DNA of 63,421 bases, filler included, from Phoronis australis (GCA_002633005.1; 6 parts of 6 records of this genome joined end to end with filler, not necessarily neighbours in it), one strand, 5' to 3'. Numbered from the whole stretch's first letter, positions 12,370 to 25,493 are shown. Notes: generated by a model not told the origin, from the letters alone. A program made the numbers and translations.

Positions 12370-12580
12370 AAGACACAGCAGGATGTCTTCTAGAACTACT
12401 AAAATGGTGATCTTCAAGTGTGGACCAGAGGCAAGATCGAGATTTGACCCGAATATTGTCATGCAAAATTAGAAAGTGTGCTTGGAGAGTGTCATGCAAT
12501 TGGTCAAATTTTGGTGATAGATATGCGGCAATGACTGAAAAGATTCTGTGCAGCTAAATTGAACTTATGTATATCGTGCT

Positions 12581-12851
12581 GCTTGTGTTACTAGACTGCA
12601 TTTTGTAATGTTGTCTTGTGTTACTAGACTGCATTTTGTAATGTTGTCTTGTGTTACGAGACTGCATTTTGTAATGTTGTCTTGTGTTACGAGACTGCAT
12701 TTTGTAATGTTGTCTTGTGTTACGAGACTGCATTTTGTAATGTTGTCTTGTGTTACGAGACTGCATTTTGTAATGTTGTCTTGTGTTACTAGACTGCATT
12801 TTGTAATGTTGTCTTGTGTTACGAGACTGCATTTTGTAATGTTGTCTTGTT
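12581..12851. repeat. 33-bp minisatellite, ~8 copies, in the probable CENP-L 3' UTR
   Basis: cttgtgttac(t/g)agactgcattttgtaatgttgt. Confidence 0.95.
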
Positions 12852-13367
12852 GACTTGAACTGAATGTGTGATATGCTGAAGAAGTCCAAGCACATGAAAA
12901 CATTACAGTTGCTATCAACCGGCCTTATCTCTAAAAACTAACATCTCAGCAGTTATGTCAGTCAAGTTCTTTACTCACGTCACTGGAGTACAACGGGCTT
13001 AGAAAGAATCAGTTTGTTATTGGTCGAGACATGGCTTATCAAAGTTAAATTGTCCTGGTGGGCCATGTTATGCACCAAGTGTGGTCTTGGTCTGGGTTTA
13101 ACTGTCGGTTGTGATCAGGATCCATTAGTCATCTGAGCAAGGTGCAAGTTAAGACCAGTTTCACAGTCAATTTTAGTGGCAAAAACTTTGTTTACAGCAG
13201 TTTTAACTAGAACATAGAGTGATATTGGCATCTGCTTCATGAAATGTAACTTAGGTCAGAAATGCTCCACACAGTTATTTCTGAAAAATAGTTAAATCTT
13301 GATCGAGCCAAAATGTTAAGTGTATGAGAATAGTTACAGAGATAATTAGTTATAAGTTCTAGCCTCA

Positions 13368-13953
13368 AGGGGCAATCAACAATTGGTCGGACTTCAAAAC
13401 CACTTGCCAGAACTACAAAACCAGCTGACCAAACTTCAAAACCAGTTGTGCGAACTTCAAAAACCAGCTGCCTGAACTTCAAAACCAGCTGCCTTGTGGC
13501 TGGATTGCAATACCCAATGGCTGGTATTTGTGGTCGGACCTAAAACAGTGTTGGCCAGTACCTCAAAACCATATGGCCGCACCCAAAAAACTGGTTGGCT
13601 GTACCTAAAATGGGTTGGCCGGTGCTCAAACACAATGGCTGAACAAATTGTGGATTTTGAGCAAAACAAAATAACAGGTACAAAAATAATTTCTCTGTGT
13701 CACTTGAATCCTTGGTGAATTTCAAAGTGACTCTGAGGAAGTTCGGCCGTCATGTTTGATCACTGGAAAACTGGTTGTAGCAGCAGGCATTATGTTTTTC
13801 GGTACAGCCAACTTGTTTTTTGGGTGAGGCTATTGCACTTTGAAGTCTGGACAACATGTTTGATCACCGGCCATTTGGTTTTGCAGTCCAGCTGACTGGT
13901 TATGAAGTCTGGGCAAGTGGTTTTGAAACGCGGCCAATTGTTGATTCCCACCC
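13368..13953. mobile_element. MITE with ~70-bp imperfect TIRs and internal cttcaaaacca repeats
   Basis: aatcaacaattggtcggacttcaaaaccacttgcc inverted against ggcaagtggttttgaaacgcggccaattgttgatt; TSD unclear. Confidence 0.55.
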
Positions 13954-15255
13954 TTTAGTCTGGGATGCACTAATAATTCCTTGGCTAGTCCTTTTTTCAG
14001 CAATTTGACATCCAGACAAAATTAAATAAATGATTGTGTGGACTAAAACCAAACAAGGATATGTTGCACAAATGTACATATATTTAACATTTCTAAGAGG
14101 CAGTTGACTTTTAATATTTTATCCTGACTTCAATTTAAGTCTTTTTAAGACAGGCCCATGGTTTGCCATCTGAGACCAGTCATTCATTTAGTATAATTTG
14201 TTCTAAACTACTTCATTATGTACTGTATCCTACTATTACTACTAAGTTATAATTCTTTTCTTAGAGCCAATCATGTATGCTATCTTGTGAACAGTGTATA
14301 TTCTACTGGCAAAAATTGTTTATGTGGTAAATCTGGCTCTGACTTGGTCAAGCCATTTCATGGTAAAATTGTCTTCCTAAATGTTTGTCAATAGATTTAA
14401 AGTTACATCTCTTTTCTAGTTATCATTTAAGCAGGTATAAGTCCGCCGAGCAATGTTTCATTCAAGATGTGAACCTTTAATTCAGATCACTCACCACTTG
14501 CTATAAAATTGATCTCAACACGTTCCTTTCTCAAATGAGAAGAGATTTCCAAAGTACTGACAGTTTGTTGTTCTTCGAGACCATGTTCACTAAATGACGA
14601 CATTTCTGAGTCACGATCGTATACCAGGACCTCCTGTGCAAACAATGGGACTGGCCAGTGCCGCAGTGATTTATTGTTGGGATATTGTTAGTAGATAATC
14701 AGGACATCTTACATAAAAATAAACAATGTTTCAGAATATACATAAAAATAACTGTTTTTCCACCATGGAGTTAGGTAAGTTTACCGTTGTCAGATTTAGT
14801 ATGAAACGTAGCTATTGTATGGCGTTTTACATGGGTGCAAATACTTCGAAACTTGGTTCACCGTGAGTGAATTGATTGCGTCCTATCAGACATAACCTTA
14901 AGTCGTCGTAAGAGACCGTCCGGAATTGGTATATGGTGCAACTCCGGACGGTTTGGGGTCAACAGAAAACCACAGTTCAGCTATGAGTCTTCACCAATGT
15001 GACAAACGAGAGTAATTCTACTTGCTGCGTACAGCTGCAGGTATGCTTATCTCTTTTATGACACACAATGTGTGACTGGGCAAAGCGTTTTTAAAATAAT
15101 GTGAATAAAATTAGTGTAGTGTGAGACCCCTGAGGTCCCTGTCGAGTCCTCACGACAATTCTACGTTATGGATCTACCCGCTGTTCACTAGAGTTTGTTG
15201 TGATCGAAGGGTGCTTCACGATTGTTTTGTTTGTAACGCGTTATCAGTCTACATT

Positions 15256-16011
15256 CATAGGCGGATTTAGGGGGAGGGCCGCGATTTCCCAGGCGACCGG
15301 CAGTGACGCTGCGCACTACGACTCCGTTTCCGTCGTCTGCTCCAATGTGCAATGAAGAAAATTTACTTCATTTTTTAAAGAAAATGGAACGTGAGTGACG
15401 ACGGAAAAACAGAAGCTGCTGGTAAGATGTGAACTTTAATCGAAGCCTTAGTGTATTACTCAGAAACTCTCTTAGTCAAACCTTAACTTAAGACGATTTC
15501 CGAAGCAATCCCGTCATTATTGCCAACACGGAAAACGGATTTGGTCTTTGGCGAATTGGGGCATTTTAAATAAAAAAATTGTTAAGAACCGATTGCACAA
15601 AATATAGAACGTGTAATAAACATTACAAAAAGAAGTAGGTTTCGCACGCAAACGCTGTTGACCATAAACAAGTAGGTCTCTTAGTATCAGCATTGAAGTT
15701 AAATCGTGGTGGTGTAGTGGTAAAGTTCGCGCGCTCTATCAGCCCGGTCATGAGTTCGAATCTGTAGCACTGTTTGACAAGTTCTCCGTGTTTTTTTTTT
15801 GCCTTTTTTCTTGGATAATATTTCAAGAATCAAGGAAAATGCTTGATTTTTAGAGGAAAAAATAGAAAAATTTCCTGGGCGGGAGGGGTATTGAAACCCC
15901 TCCCGACCCCCCCCCATTCGGTGCTATGCGCATCTACAATTGTGGTTTGCGCAAATGCTTATAGCCGGACAAAATGTTGCCCCCCCTTGTGATATCCTTG
16001 ATCCGCCACTG
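15256..16011. mobile_element. Non-autonomous DNA transposon (hAT-like, 5-bp TSD)
   Basis: Termini cataggcggat...atccgccactg; TSD ACATT at 15251-15255 and 16012-16016. The right ~170 bp recurs inverted at 51079-51227. Confidence 0.6.
15710..15765 (+). other. tRNA-like Pol III A/B boxes (SINE-head remnant)
   Basis: A box TGGTGTAGTGG at 15710-15720 and B box GAGTTCGAATC at 15752-15762; no convincing cloverleaf. Confidence 0.4.
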
Positions 16012-17029
16012 ACATTGATGCCTAACGTTGGCGTTGTTTCTAATTGGTGACGTTCCTTGAGCAAACTACTTACGGTGTTTTCTCTATTACATGCGCGCAC
16101 CCAGGGGCGCTCGAATTGTGGCCCTATCTATTAGTAGAAGAACTAATGCAGGGTGTCGAGTTCTGGCGCACCTGCGGGCAAAAATAANAGCCAATGGAAA
16201 GTATTCAATTTCATTTGACATTTACCCAGCAGCTTCAACGAAACTTTTACCTCTTCTACGTGTCTTTAGAAAATTATCAACCAATTTTGAGGTTCAATAC
16301 ACTGTAGTTGTAGTTTTACTTGCAAGTCTACTTGGTCTGCGACGTCTGCGACAGTGGCATCCGTCACAGTCCCTGAGCGTCATGTGAGATTCGTCGGAGA
16401 TGTAAACCAATACCCTGCCAACTCATGGAGCTGCTTGAAACTGACATGAATGGGTTTTGCACCAGATATTATCCGTGCTAGAAATACGTACACCACTTGA
16501 CACCTCTGACACTCACAGTCACGCTCGGTTGCCAAATAAAATATGCTAGTAATTGTGACGAGAACTCTCAACCAAATGAAATTGCTAAAAAATCTGGAAG
16601 TTTTGCAGGTTGCAGCATGTGCGCTCAAGAGATCGCGGTTAGTTTATCAATATACTAGCCGATAGGTGTCACAACTAGTAATTTCCTGATCGCAGCAGTT
16701 CGGGTTTGACCAGGTGTCGGATTAGTCGATTGCAGCTTTGCACTCTAGATCCCGTGGCCCCTTCGTGTAATAGTTCCTAACAAACTCTATTAAGCACACT
16801 CTTTCCGTACTTTCACATTTCATGTTCGTTCGATGCCAAACTGAACCGCTGACGGTTGACGGGATTGAGTACAATTTAAACAATTGACGGAATACCTGGG
16901 CTCATTCGATCAGCTCGCTATTTTTCAGTGACATGATGAATTTAAAATGATCATTGAAAAATTCAGACTGTACTATATTTAAAAATAAAGAAAACAAACG
17001 ATTTTTTCGGCTAAAATTATTTTACTATT

Positions 17030-18479
17030 TAGAGTCATGTTGGTAGTATCAGGTCAGCATGCATATCCGGTGTCAGGTAGTATTAAATAATGACCTCGGG
17101 TCACTTTTTAATATTAAAAAGTGACCGGGTCGCTTTTTATAATGCATAAATTTAACGTGAACTACTGTGAGAAAAATGATCCCATGGTTCATTTTTATAT
17201 ATAAATAGATGACAGCTTTTTAAGGCTAAAAAGCAAAGAACAGCATCGCTAGGGATTTCTTCTCTCACGCAAGCTATTCCTCTCTCACGGATCTGAAGTA
17301 CCCCCGATCTAGCACCAGGCACTTGTCGGCGTTTTGTAGTATCCCCACACCGTGTAATTATTTGCTCGCAAAGAGACCATCCCGCTCCCACACATTATTT
17401 CACTTCCCCTGCTAGATTTGATATACCGCGCTTCGTTCAGCCGAGAAATTTAAAATTCTTCTCTCACGCACGCTTGACCCTCTCACGGATTGACATTTCC
17501 CCGATCCACTGCACCACAGTTTTCACTTCTCACTCACGGGCATAATATTCTTTGCTCGCGAACAGGCCAGCCCAGCTCCTACACGTCATATTCCTGGCGT
17601 GCACGAGCCAGGCACGAGCTTACTTTCTCTGCCTAATTACATTGTATACTGAAAAACCAAATAAGCAAGGTATGTAGATTTCCCTTGCAGCGCGCCACTC
17701 AGGCGAGCATAAAATTCTATCACTCACGCACATTATTGCCCTCTCACGGATGCAAATCACCCATCCACACCGCGCCGGTCGTCGACGGTCGATTTCGTCT
17801 CAGGAGACACTTCCTTGGGGCACCCCCTGTCGAAAAAGGTTCCTTGGCTTCCCGGCGCCTTGTTGAGACCCAGCTCCTTGGCGCACCATGTCCTCCCCGT
17901 TGACGCCTTTTTGCCGCCCCCTCCCTGGTCGTCAAAGATTCGTTGCCTTCCCTCCATTGTCGGTGGCAACTCCTTGGTGCCTCCTCTCTTGTTCGACAAA
18001 GGCTCTGATCCTTTGCCCCCATTGACACCTTGGCGCCCCCCCNNNNNNNNNNNNNNNNNNNNNNNNNNNNNNNNNNNNNNNNNNNNNNNNNNNNNNNNNN
18101 NNNNNNNNNNNNNNNNNNNNNNNNNNNNNNNNNNNNNNNNNNNNNNCGATTGCCCCCTTTCCCCCGGTAGTCTTCCGGCCCCGCTTAGAATCGCCTAATT
18201 GCCCCCGTTGACCCAGATCACCACTCCTCGGTGGTTTTATTCTTTGATAGCCAACCCACGCCAGTAGCCACACCCCCGTGCCCGAGGAGGTCACCACCAG
18301 ACACTTACATCTGCGTATCGAACATGCGGGCATAAATTTTTCATGGATTGAAAATTCTTCACACTAAATTTAGACCCATGAAAAAACTATCCGGGGTCAT
18401 TTTTAACAATGAAAATATGACCCATGGGTCATTATTTAATCGCAATGCTAGACCAGAAGGAACGACCAGCATGACTACA
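17030..18479. mobile_element. Unclassified ~1.45-kb element with long imperfect TIRs
   Basis: agtcatgttggt...attaaataatgacctcgggtcac inverted against tgacccatgggtcattatttaat...accagcatgact. Internal ~200-bp imperfect repeats and a GC-rich core containing an N gap. Confidence 0.45.
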
Positions 18480-18714
18480 CTTTATATATAATTTTTTTCC
18501 CAGTAAAGTGACTCAGTGAACTGAACTCGAATTGATTGTTTCTCATTGCTATCTTTGACCACCCAATAAAAGTGTTAACAGCGATGGAGACTTCCCAGTC
18601 TTTACATAATATTATGAGTACATGATATCGTGCCCCCTCAGCGCCAAGTTCAGTGTATTATTTGTCCTCCGCTCCTCCTTTGGTGGGAAAAGATTATCAA
18701 TATCTAAACAAGCG

Positions 18715-18755
18715 TGCAGCCAATCAGCGCTTAGATTGAAGGCCACGTGATTTTT
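18715..18755 (+). promoter_or_regulatory. Putative MTSS1 proximal promoter motifs
   Basis: CCAAT at 18720-18724 and E-box CACGTG at 18744-18749, about 300 bp upstream of the ATG. Confidence 0.3.
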
Positions 18756-19040
18756 CGTCTACTACTGTACGTGTGATACTGGGCTGTGTTTGTTGGTGTG
18801 TGAGAATCTTTCAAACTTTATCGCTGTTGTCAGCCGAATTTAGCCGCATTAAGGCATTGGAATGGATCTCACGTTTCGACGGATTTCGAGTCTTTCTAGA
18901 AAGACCTAATTTGGGCTTTAATATTGCAGATTATGCGCTTAGTTTGAAGGCTGTATACCGAACGTCTATGACCAAACGTACGGCCAGTCGACTGGCGTGT
19001 GGATTATTGCGTTTTTAAGTTGTCTGGCGCTTATTAAAGA

Positions 19041-19133
19041 ATGAATATGGATAATATAGCCGATATAGACAGTGTAGATAAAGATTGCAGTGCCCTTGGT
19101 GGCCTTTTTCAACAAATTATCAACGATATGAAG
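19041..19133 (+). CDS. MTSS1: MTSS1/MIM (I-BAR/IMD domain protein) first coding exon
   Basis: MNMDNIADIDSVDKDCSALGGLFQQIINDMK|gtaagt, near-identical to recalled KECSALGGLFQTIISDMK, phase-0 donor. Exon 2 is not seen before the segment ends at 24956. Confidence 0.9.
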
Positions 19134-19575
19134 GTAAGTTTTGTCTGCTTAATTACTCGATTAATATTCCCAGGCCTGGGCCAGGGGCTGAGCCAAGCAG
19201 CTCAATTATCCCAGACGTATTGACCAAACGTTGGCTTTCTGTGTCAGCTTGCCTTAGCCTACCCTCTGTCTGAATCTTATGTGAATGCTGTCTGTAGAAA
19301 CTATGCTAACTTATCAGTGCTTTCATAATTCCATGCAGTTTCATGATCTCAACTTAGAGTCATTACTCAGCTTTTCACCACCTTCAAGTTAAATTAAACA
19401 AATAAATTTATTAATTCATTTTACTTAGCTTATAGCCATTTGTCTATCAATGATAATATGTTAAGGTAAATAATAAGAATATTGGTATGAATCATTTGAA
19501 GCATCCATATAACACACCTTCCATCATAAGCAATTAATATAGATCACTTAACATTATAAAAATGGTTCCTTTGTC

Positions 19576-20244
19576 CACAGGCGTCCTCAGCTTCTGATCG
19601 TCCCCAATACACTACATATAATACTAATAGTACAAGGTATGACACTCCCGACTAGAAATTCCACGGGTGCTTCACTTCAGCCATCCATAGCAAACATAAA
19701 ACTCAATAAATTTACACAAAACAGCGGTTCAACAAACCATGAAGAATTGTTCTTTCTCCCAATACCATTCACGGTGTCCAGTTACGGCAACTTCGTAAGA
19801 AATTCGCAGTCAAAGAACAAAAATGTTCACAAAGGACGGTACGGAAATTGCCGGTGAGTTACGGAAGTACTCAATAGTTTTTCTACTGGCGGCTAAGTGT
19901 AGTTATCGACATCGTGACTTTACGTGACAAACCGGCAATTCCCGTACCGTCCTTGACCTCGACGGGCCCAGGGTGAAAGTGTGTGTGGGGTTTTTGTGAA
20001 CATTTTTGTTCTTTGACTGCGAATTTCTTACGAAGTCGCCGTAACTGGACACCGTGAATGGTATTGGGAGAAAGAACAATTCTTCATGGTTTGTTGAACC
20101 CCTGTTTTGTGTAAATTTATTGAGTTTTATGTTTGCTATGGACGGCTGAAGTAAAGCACCCGTGGAATTTCTGGTCGGGAGTGTCATACCTTGTAGTATT
20201 ATATGTAGTGTATTGGGGACGATCAGAAGCTGAGGACGCCTGTG
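19576..20244. mobile_element. Foldback MITE with ~280-bp TIRs, P-element/hAT-type termini
   Basis: cacaggcgtcctcagc...gctgaggacgcctgtg; 8-bp TSD CCTTTGTC at 19568-19575 and 20245-20252. The twin ORFs 19639+ and 20187- are the two TIR arms. Confidence 0.88.
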
Positions 20245-20287
20245 CCTTTGTCAAGGAAAGTGTGTGTTCTGTGCTTGGAAATTTTAA

Positions 20288-20776
20288 AGGCCCTTTCATA
20301 CTGGCTTAGCTCTGGTCTTAGCGTCGTGTCCACGTAAACTGCGAAGTTAACTTACCGGTAACTGTTCTTATTGGCTTCGGTAGTTAATGGACAACAAAGT
20401 AAACAGGTGATGCTGTCATCATTGAAGTAATTGCAACGGAGCGCTGATGCAATTTGAGAACATTTACTTGTGCTAGTTGACATAGAAATTATTTCTAATT
20501 CAAATTGGTGATTATTTGAGCAAAATATAAGTGACTGTTAGTGACGACACTGCTCATTGGTTGTTGCCGAAAGCAGTGGCCCCTGGCGATAACTTGGTTG
20601 GAACCGTAGTTGACCGTTCTTACGGCACTGCAGCGTCAACGCTCCTCTGTTAAATCCACCTGTTTACTGGAAAGTTAACTGGTGCTGTTAACTTTGATCC
20701 AGGAATAAAGTCAACTGTTCTTAACTGACCGCAACTCCCCAAAGCATGGACACGTCAACATTAGTATGAAAGGCCT
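20288..20776. mobile_element. PIF/Harbinger-like MITE, copy 1
   Basis: taa|aggccctttcatact...agtatgaaaggcct|taa; second copy at 24332. Confidence 0.72.
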
Positions 20777-22004
20777 TAACTGTTAGGGATTAAGAATGGG
20801 CTCTGCTGTTGTCACCATGTGTCATTTCATCCAATAATAAGAAACCTCTTGGCACGAGCAAAATCGCTTTTCATCTGAGTTAGGAGCTAAACTAATTTTA
20901 CAGTGAAAGTGGTCTAAATTAAAATGTGTTTTCTTCAAGGAAACGTGCGCTTATTGGCGCTTTAAGTTGTGATTTACGTACGTCCATGAGTGCGCTTGTT
21001 CTTCTAAGAACACTGTCACACTTGAAGATGACTGAAAAAATGACTGAAACGTACTGCCAATTGTTAGTAGACTAGAGGTTGGTGTGAATAGTAACCTACA
21101 TTCAGAATCTATTATTTAAATTATTGCTGTCCGTAATTTTTGTATGTGGACAATTTAGACTCATGACATATGTTTTGGTATTCGTCAAATAATACTGCAC
21201 CTCCATAATGCCTGGTTGGGATACATGATCTTGTTGTCATATTCAAATAAAACTTGATTATCCAAACTTGATTTGGTTACTTGTCAAGATTTCACATTAG
21301 CTTTTAGAACTGTGGTTTAAGCTTGAGTGCTTGTGTTATTGAATCACCTGTCTTGCATCTTTGTGCACATCATCTTTTCCTTTTAGAACTGCAGAAAGCT
21401 TGAGTGCTTTGTCAATGAATCGCCTGTCTTGCGTCTTTTCTGATAGTTAAATTTGAAAATGTTGACATCATGTGCTCACTCACCAATTCATATGTAAATC
21501 AGCTATTGTCTGGCTGTCTTTGCTACGAGTTCCAGTTAGATAAAATTAAACCGTTCATGTTCATAAGTGTCAGAAGGGATTCTTTCTTTGTGACCTGTGA
21601 TACGGCATTTTTTGTGTGTGAACATGAAACCGGTTGTTTTCATGTCCATTCACAATGATTTGGAGATCATTGTGAATGTGAGTCTCTAGTTTGGTCTGTG
21701 AAATTCATGAATGGAAGCAAGTGCTGGGATTCTGAGATGAGACGGAGAGAGAATGTTGGGATTGGAGAGATAAAGAGAGAAATCGGTGGAGATTTAAGGG
21801 TGGTGGGGAGAGGAGAAGTGGTGACGAATGGGGATTTGGGGAAAGCAACGAAAATCTGTCAGGATTATTTTAATGAATCTCAAAAAAGCCATTGTGAATT
21901 TTGAAATTGATTATTTTACACAATCCTCCCCTTCACTCCAACTCTCTAGTAGCCGATGTATAATGGTGTTAGGAGGTGCAGTTGCCCTTGGTATTAGAAG
22001 ACGG

Positions 22005-22380
22005 TGTGGTGGTACATATTGACCTGTGTGTTGGTGCATATTAACCTGTGTGGTGTAGCATATTGACCTGGTGGTGGTTCATATTGGCTTATGTGGTGGT
22101 GGTGCTTCTTGACCTTGTGTGGTGGTGGTGGTGCATATTGACCTGGTGGAGCATATTAATCTGTGTGGTGGTGGTGGTAGTGGTGGTGCATATTGACCTG
22201 TGTGGTGGTGCATATTGACCTGTGTGATGGTGGTGCATATTGACCTGTGTGGTTGTTCATATTGACCTGTTTTTGGTGCTTTTTGACCTGTGTAGTGGAG
22301 CATATTGACCTGTGTGGTGGTGCATATTGACCTGTGTGGTGGTGGTGCATACTGACCTGTGGGGTGGTGCATATTGATCA
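22005..22380. repeat. Degenerate ~22-bp minisatellite with variable GGT tracts
   Basis: ggtggtgcatattgacctgtgt. Confidence 0.9.
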
Positions 22381-24331
22381 TTTGGACAGTAATTGATCTA
22401 GTTCATTTACCGACACTAGTATGGTGTGATGATCTAGTCAGGTGTTTAGCTGGTTCACTTACACCCCATCAACGTACTTCAGTGTTAATGCTCTTGTCCA
22501 CAGAGGGCAGAAGTGCATGATTATCATGGAGTGCTTTTACACTTGTCAGATTTGCCATGTGAATCGCTTGCACTGGAACAACTACCCATCTGGACAAACT
22601 ATTGTTGAGACACTGTCACACCAAATTCATTTGAAGAACATTTGAAACCGTGTTGGCAACTTGATGAAATGGGCTGCAAATGGTCGAAATGAGCGACGCC
22701 ATCTACAGGTTTCTTACTCAGATTGCACTTCGTCCATTCCCATTTGGTTTCATAACAATCGTACTTAGAACTGCATTGGTGTGGCAGGGTGCTTGGGTAA
22801 CTGCGGAGACCTCTTTCTCAGCCGGCACAGATTGGCCGATCGTTGGATTTCTTGGAGCCCTCAGAGCATGTGTCATACATACAGTTAACACAAAATGCCT
22901 GTAGTCCTAAAGATCTATTCTTGGAGAAATGCTGGTGCAGACAGACATGGTCTAATATCATCCTAATTAAATATCATAAACAGAACATGCATCTTTTGTT
23001 GTTGAGTCAGCTGCACATTGTTGTAGAGTCAGGTTGAGACTGCTTCATACACCTATGACTGGTCCACCGTGAACATGTACTGAGTGTTTCACTCAGTCTG
23101 GCTCATTTGGTAAAGTTGCGTGCAAAAATGGTGAGATGCAAACTAAATTTATAAATCCTTCAAGTACACTTTATCGTGAAATTCTGAACTGTGTTTTCAA
23201 ATAAGTCACCAAATGGCAATGTTTCAGTCACTATAAATGTTAATATTCGATCCTTGTTATTTACTTTTAACTCTGTTATTTTGTTGCTGTTAATGCTTGA
23301 TAAATTTTGTTGATTTTGATAACCGCTGCAGTGGTTATTCTTCCTAATCTGCAGCAAACAGTTAACAAGAATTTTCTGTCTTTACAGTAAGATTCAAGCC
23401 TGCTGCTACACGGCCATTGTAGCCTTTAAGTGTTTCATGTGCCATGTTTGTTTCCAATCAGTCAGTTTTCCCAGGATTGGCTGGTTGTCTCCAATTTAGT
23501 GTTATTAACTGTCACATGAAAGAACTTTGGAATCTTGTGAGAACAAGATTTGCTTTGAGAACAAACTGGCAATCATTCAGACAATATTTGTAATTCACAA
23601 CGGGCTATTTACTAGCTCTGTTGATTTGCTTTTGCTCAAGAAAAACTTCTCGGGTGACACTTTGGTGGCATGAATGCAATAGGCAATATTATATAGTATT
23701 ACGGTTGGAATTAAAATGGTTCTTTGGCACATCCCTATAACTAGGAATTTTCTCGGCAATTTTCTCAGCATTTCTCTTGTTGGGGTTCTCAAAATTTCGG
23801 CAAAATTTTCGATCTTGAGTCTTATGAGAGGAGTTGTGATGCTGGTTTTAAGTGTGGGAGTTAAGCTTTCCCATTGACATAAACTCCTCAAAACAGAGGA
23901 GTTACAGTGTTAATGGGAAAGGGACATTTAGGTGATTAATTATTGGGTAAATGTTTCCAGCAAGCTAATAGTACATTTTGTTTATAATTAATATGCATAA
24001 TGTCTGTGCTGAACATCTACCCTTATACCCTGTGGGAGTTAATGTCACTTCCTGTACGAACTGAACAGATTCGTACGTTGACGTTGACGGACTTCATGAA
24101 TGATGATGTGTAGTAACCAGGTGTCAACCTCTTTCACCTGCATTTTATTGATTTTCCCCATCACATTTACCCAGTTCCTAGCTGTTAATGTCCTTACATA
24201 TGCAGTGAAATAAGATTCTGTATTGAATGGTAGTGACCCAATGCAGTATTAATGAGTTGATATAGGATGTATTACCGTCTATATTGGAAATTCAGCTTTT
24301 TCAACTTTAACTGATGGTGTGTTTAGACTAA

Positions 24332-24745
24332 AGGCCTTATCGTACTGACTTAACTCCGGTCTTAGGGGAGCGTCGACGTAAACTGCGAAGTTAACTAAAC
24401 CGTTCTTTCGGTAGTTAACGGACTTCGAAGTAAACGGGAGGTGACACTGTTGTCATCGAAGTAATCGCTGGGTAGCACTGCACGCTAAAATTTTTTTGAT
24501 GTGACAATTGACATAAAATTTATTTTTAATTCGATGGGTGGTTATTAGAGCAAAATATTAGCGATGGCACTACCCTGTAACTGTTGAAGATAACAGTGGC
24601 ACCTGGCAATAACTTTGATAGGACCGAAGTTGACCATACATACTGCACCGAAGCTCGACGCTCCCCTCTTAAGTCCACCTGTTTACTGTGAAGTTAACTG
24701 GGACTTTGATCCAGGACCGAAGTTAAGGGTTCATACTGCTCCGAG
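24332..24745. mobile_element. Harbinger-like MITE, copy 2 (diverged; interrupted at 24746 by sequence starting cagtgttctcc)
   Basis: taa|aggccttatcgtact; shares cgtaaactgcgaagttaact and tccacctgtttactg blocks with copy 1. Confidence 0.65.
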
Positions 24746-24956
24746 CAGTGTTCTCCACATCTGAAAATTTAAACAGGTCGCACGCGTAAAATCTGCAACG
24801 TGCCGGAACCGCGCGGCGGTCAACGTTCTCCATAAGCTAGTGTGCAGTTTTTTGTGCACCTTATTTTTACCCACTCATTTTAATAGTAATGCACAGTAGT
24901 GCAAACAAATAACTGTGTGTATTCAACTTTTTATTTTTAAAAGTTGGACTTATTTA

Positions 24957-25056
24957 NNNNNNNNNNNNNNNNNNNNNNNNNNNNNNNNNNNNNNNNNNNN
25001 TTAATTAATTAANNNNNNNNNNNNNNNNNNNNNNNNNNNNNNNNNNNNNNNNNNNN
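24957..25056. other. Artificial contig linker
   Basis: 44N + TTAATTAATTAA (stops in all six frames) + 44N. Confidence 0.97.
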
Positions 25057-25430
25057 AAAAATTGTAAAACATAAGGAAGATTTCAGGTAATTTGTTGAGT
25101 CGAAACTATATTTTTATTCAAGAGTTCAAGTTTTCCTATTGACGATCGCGATTCAGCGACGCATCAGTCGGCAAGTTTTCGCCCTGTGATGAGCACAATT
25201 TTTTGAAAAATTATTGTAATTTAACAACGGAAGTTGATAGCAATGCACCACAATTTTGTAGAAAGGCTGTCATAGGCCTACAACTACGTCACAGAGCGTA
25301 AATTTGATGAATCCTAGTTTCCGATTTTACCCGTTTGGGAAACCGGGTTTCAACTGCCGTAGGCTCACTACTATAAGCGTCCCCTCCCCGTGAAATGAAT
25401 TTTTCTAAGCGTTTGCTTGAGCCAATACAG
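25057..25430 (-). mobile_element. Tc1/mariner (Tc2-like) non-autonomous element, partial
   Basis: Reverse complement of 29735-30100 and 32590-32950; ends aatacag|ta. Confidence 0.65.
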
Positions 25431-25493
25431 TATACAGCTTTCCACCAAGGCTAGGTGATGCAAGACATTATTCTTTGTTGCATTATAGTAACT

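Noticed and set aside
15710-15770. Functional tRNA gene (also 54915-54977)
   Set aside because: A and B boxes are present, but acceptor and anticodon stems do not pair convincingly; treated as SINE-like remnants.
17260-17780. Selenoprotein-like repeat (CCG TGA GAG conserved in three repeats on the minus strand)
   Set aside because: Copies do not share a reading frame and contain other stops; conservation looks DNA-level, and no SECIS was recognised.
19639-20187. Two near-identical convergent ORFs (MTLPTRNSTG...)
   Set aside because: They are the two TIR arms of a MITE.
22079-22381. His/Pro-rich ORFs
   Set aside because: Minus-strand translation of a GGT-containing minisatellite in MTSS1 intron 1.
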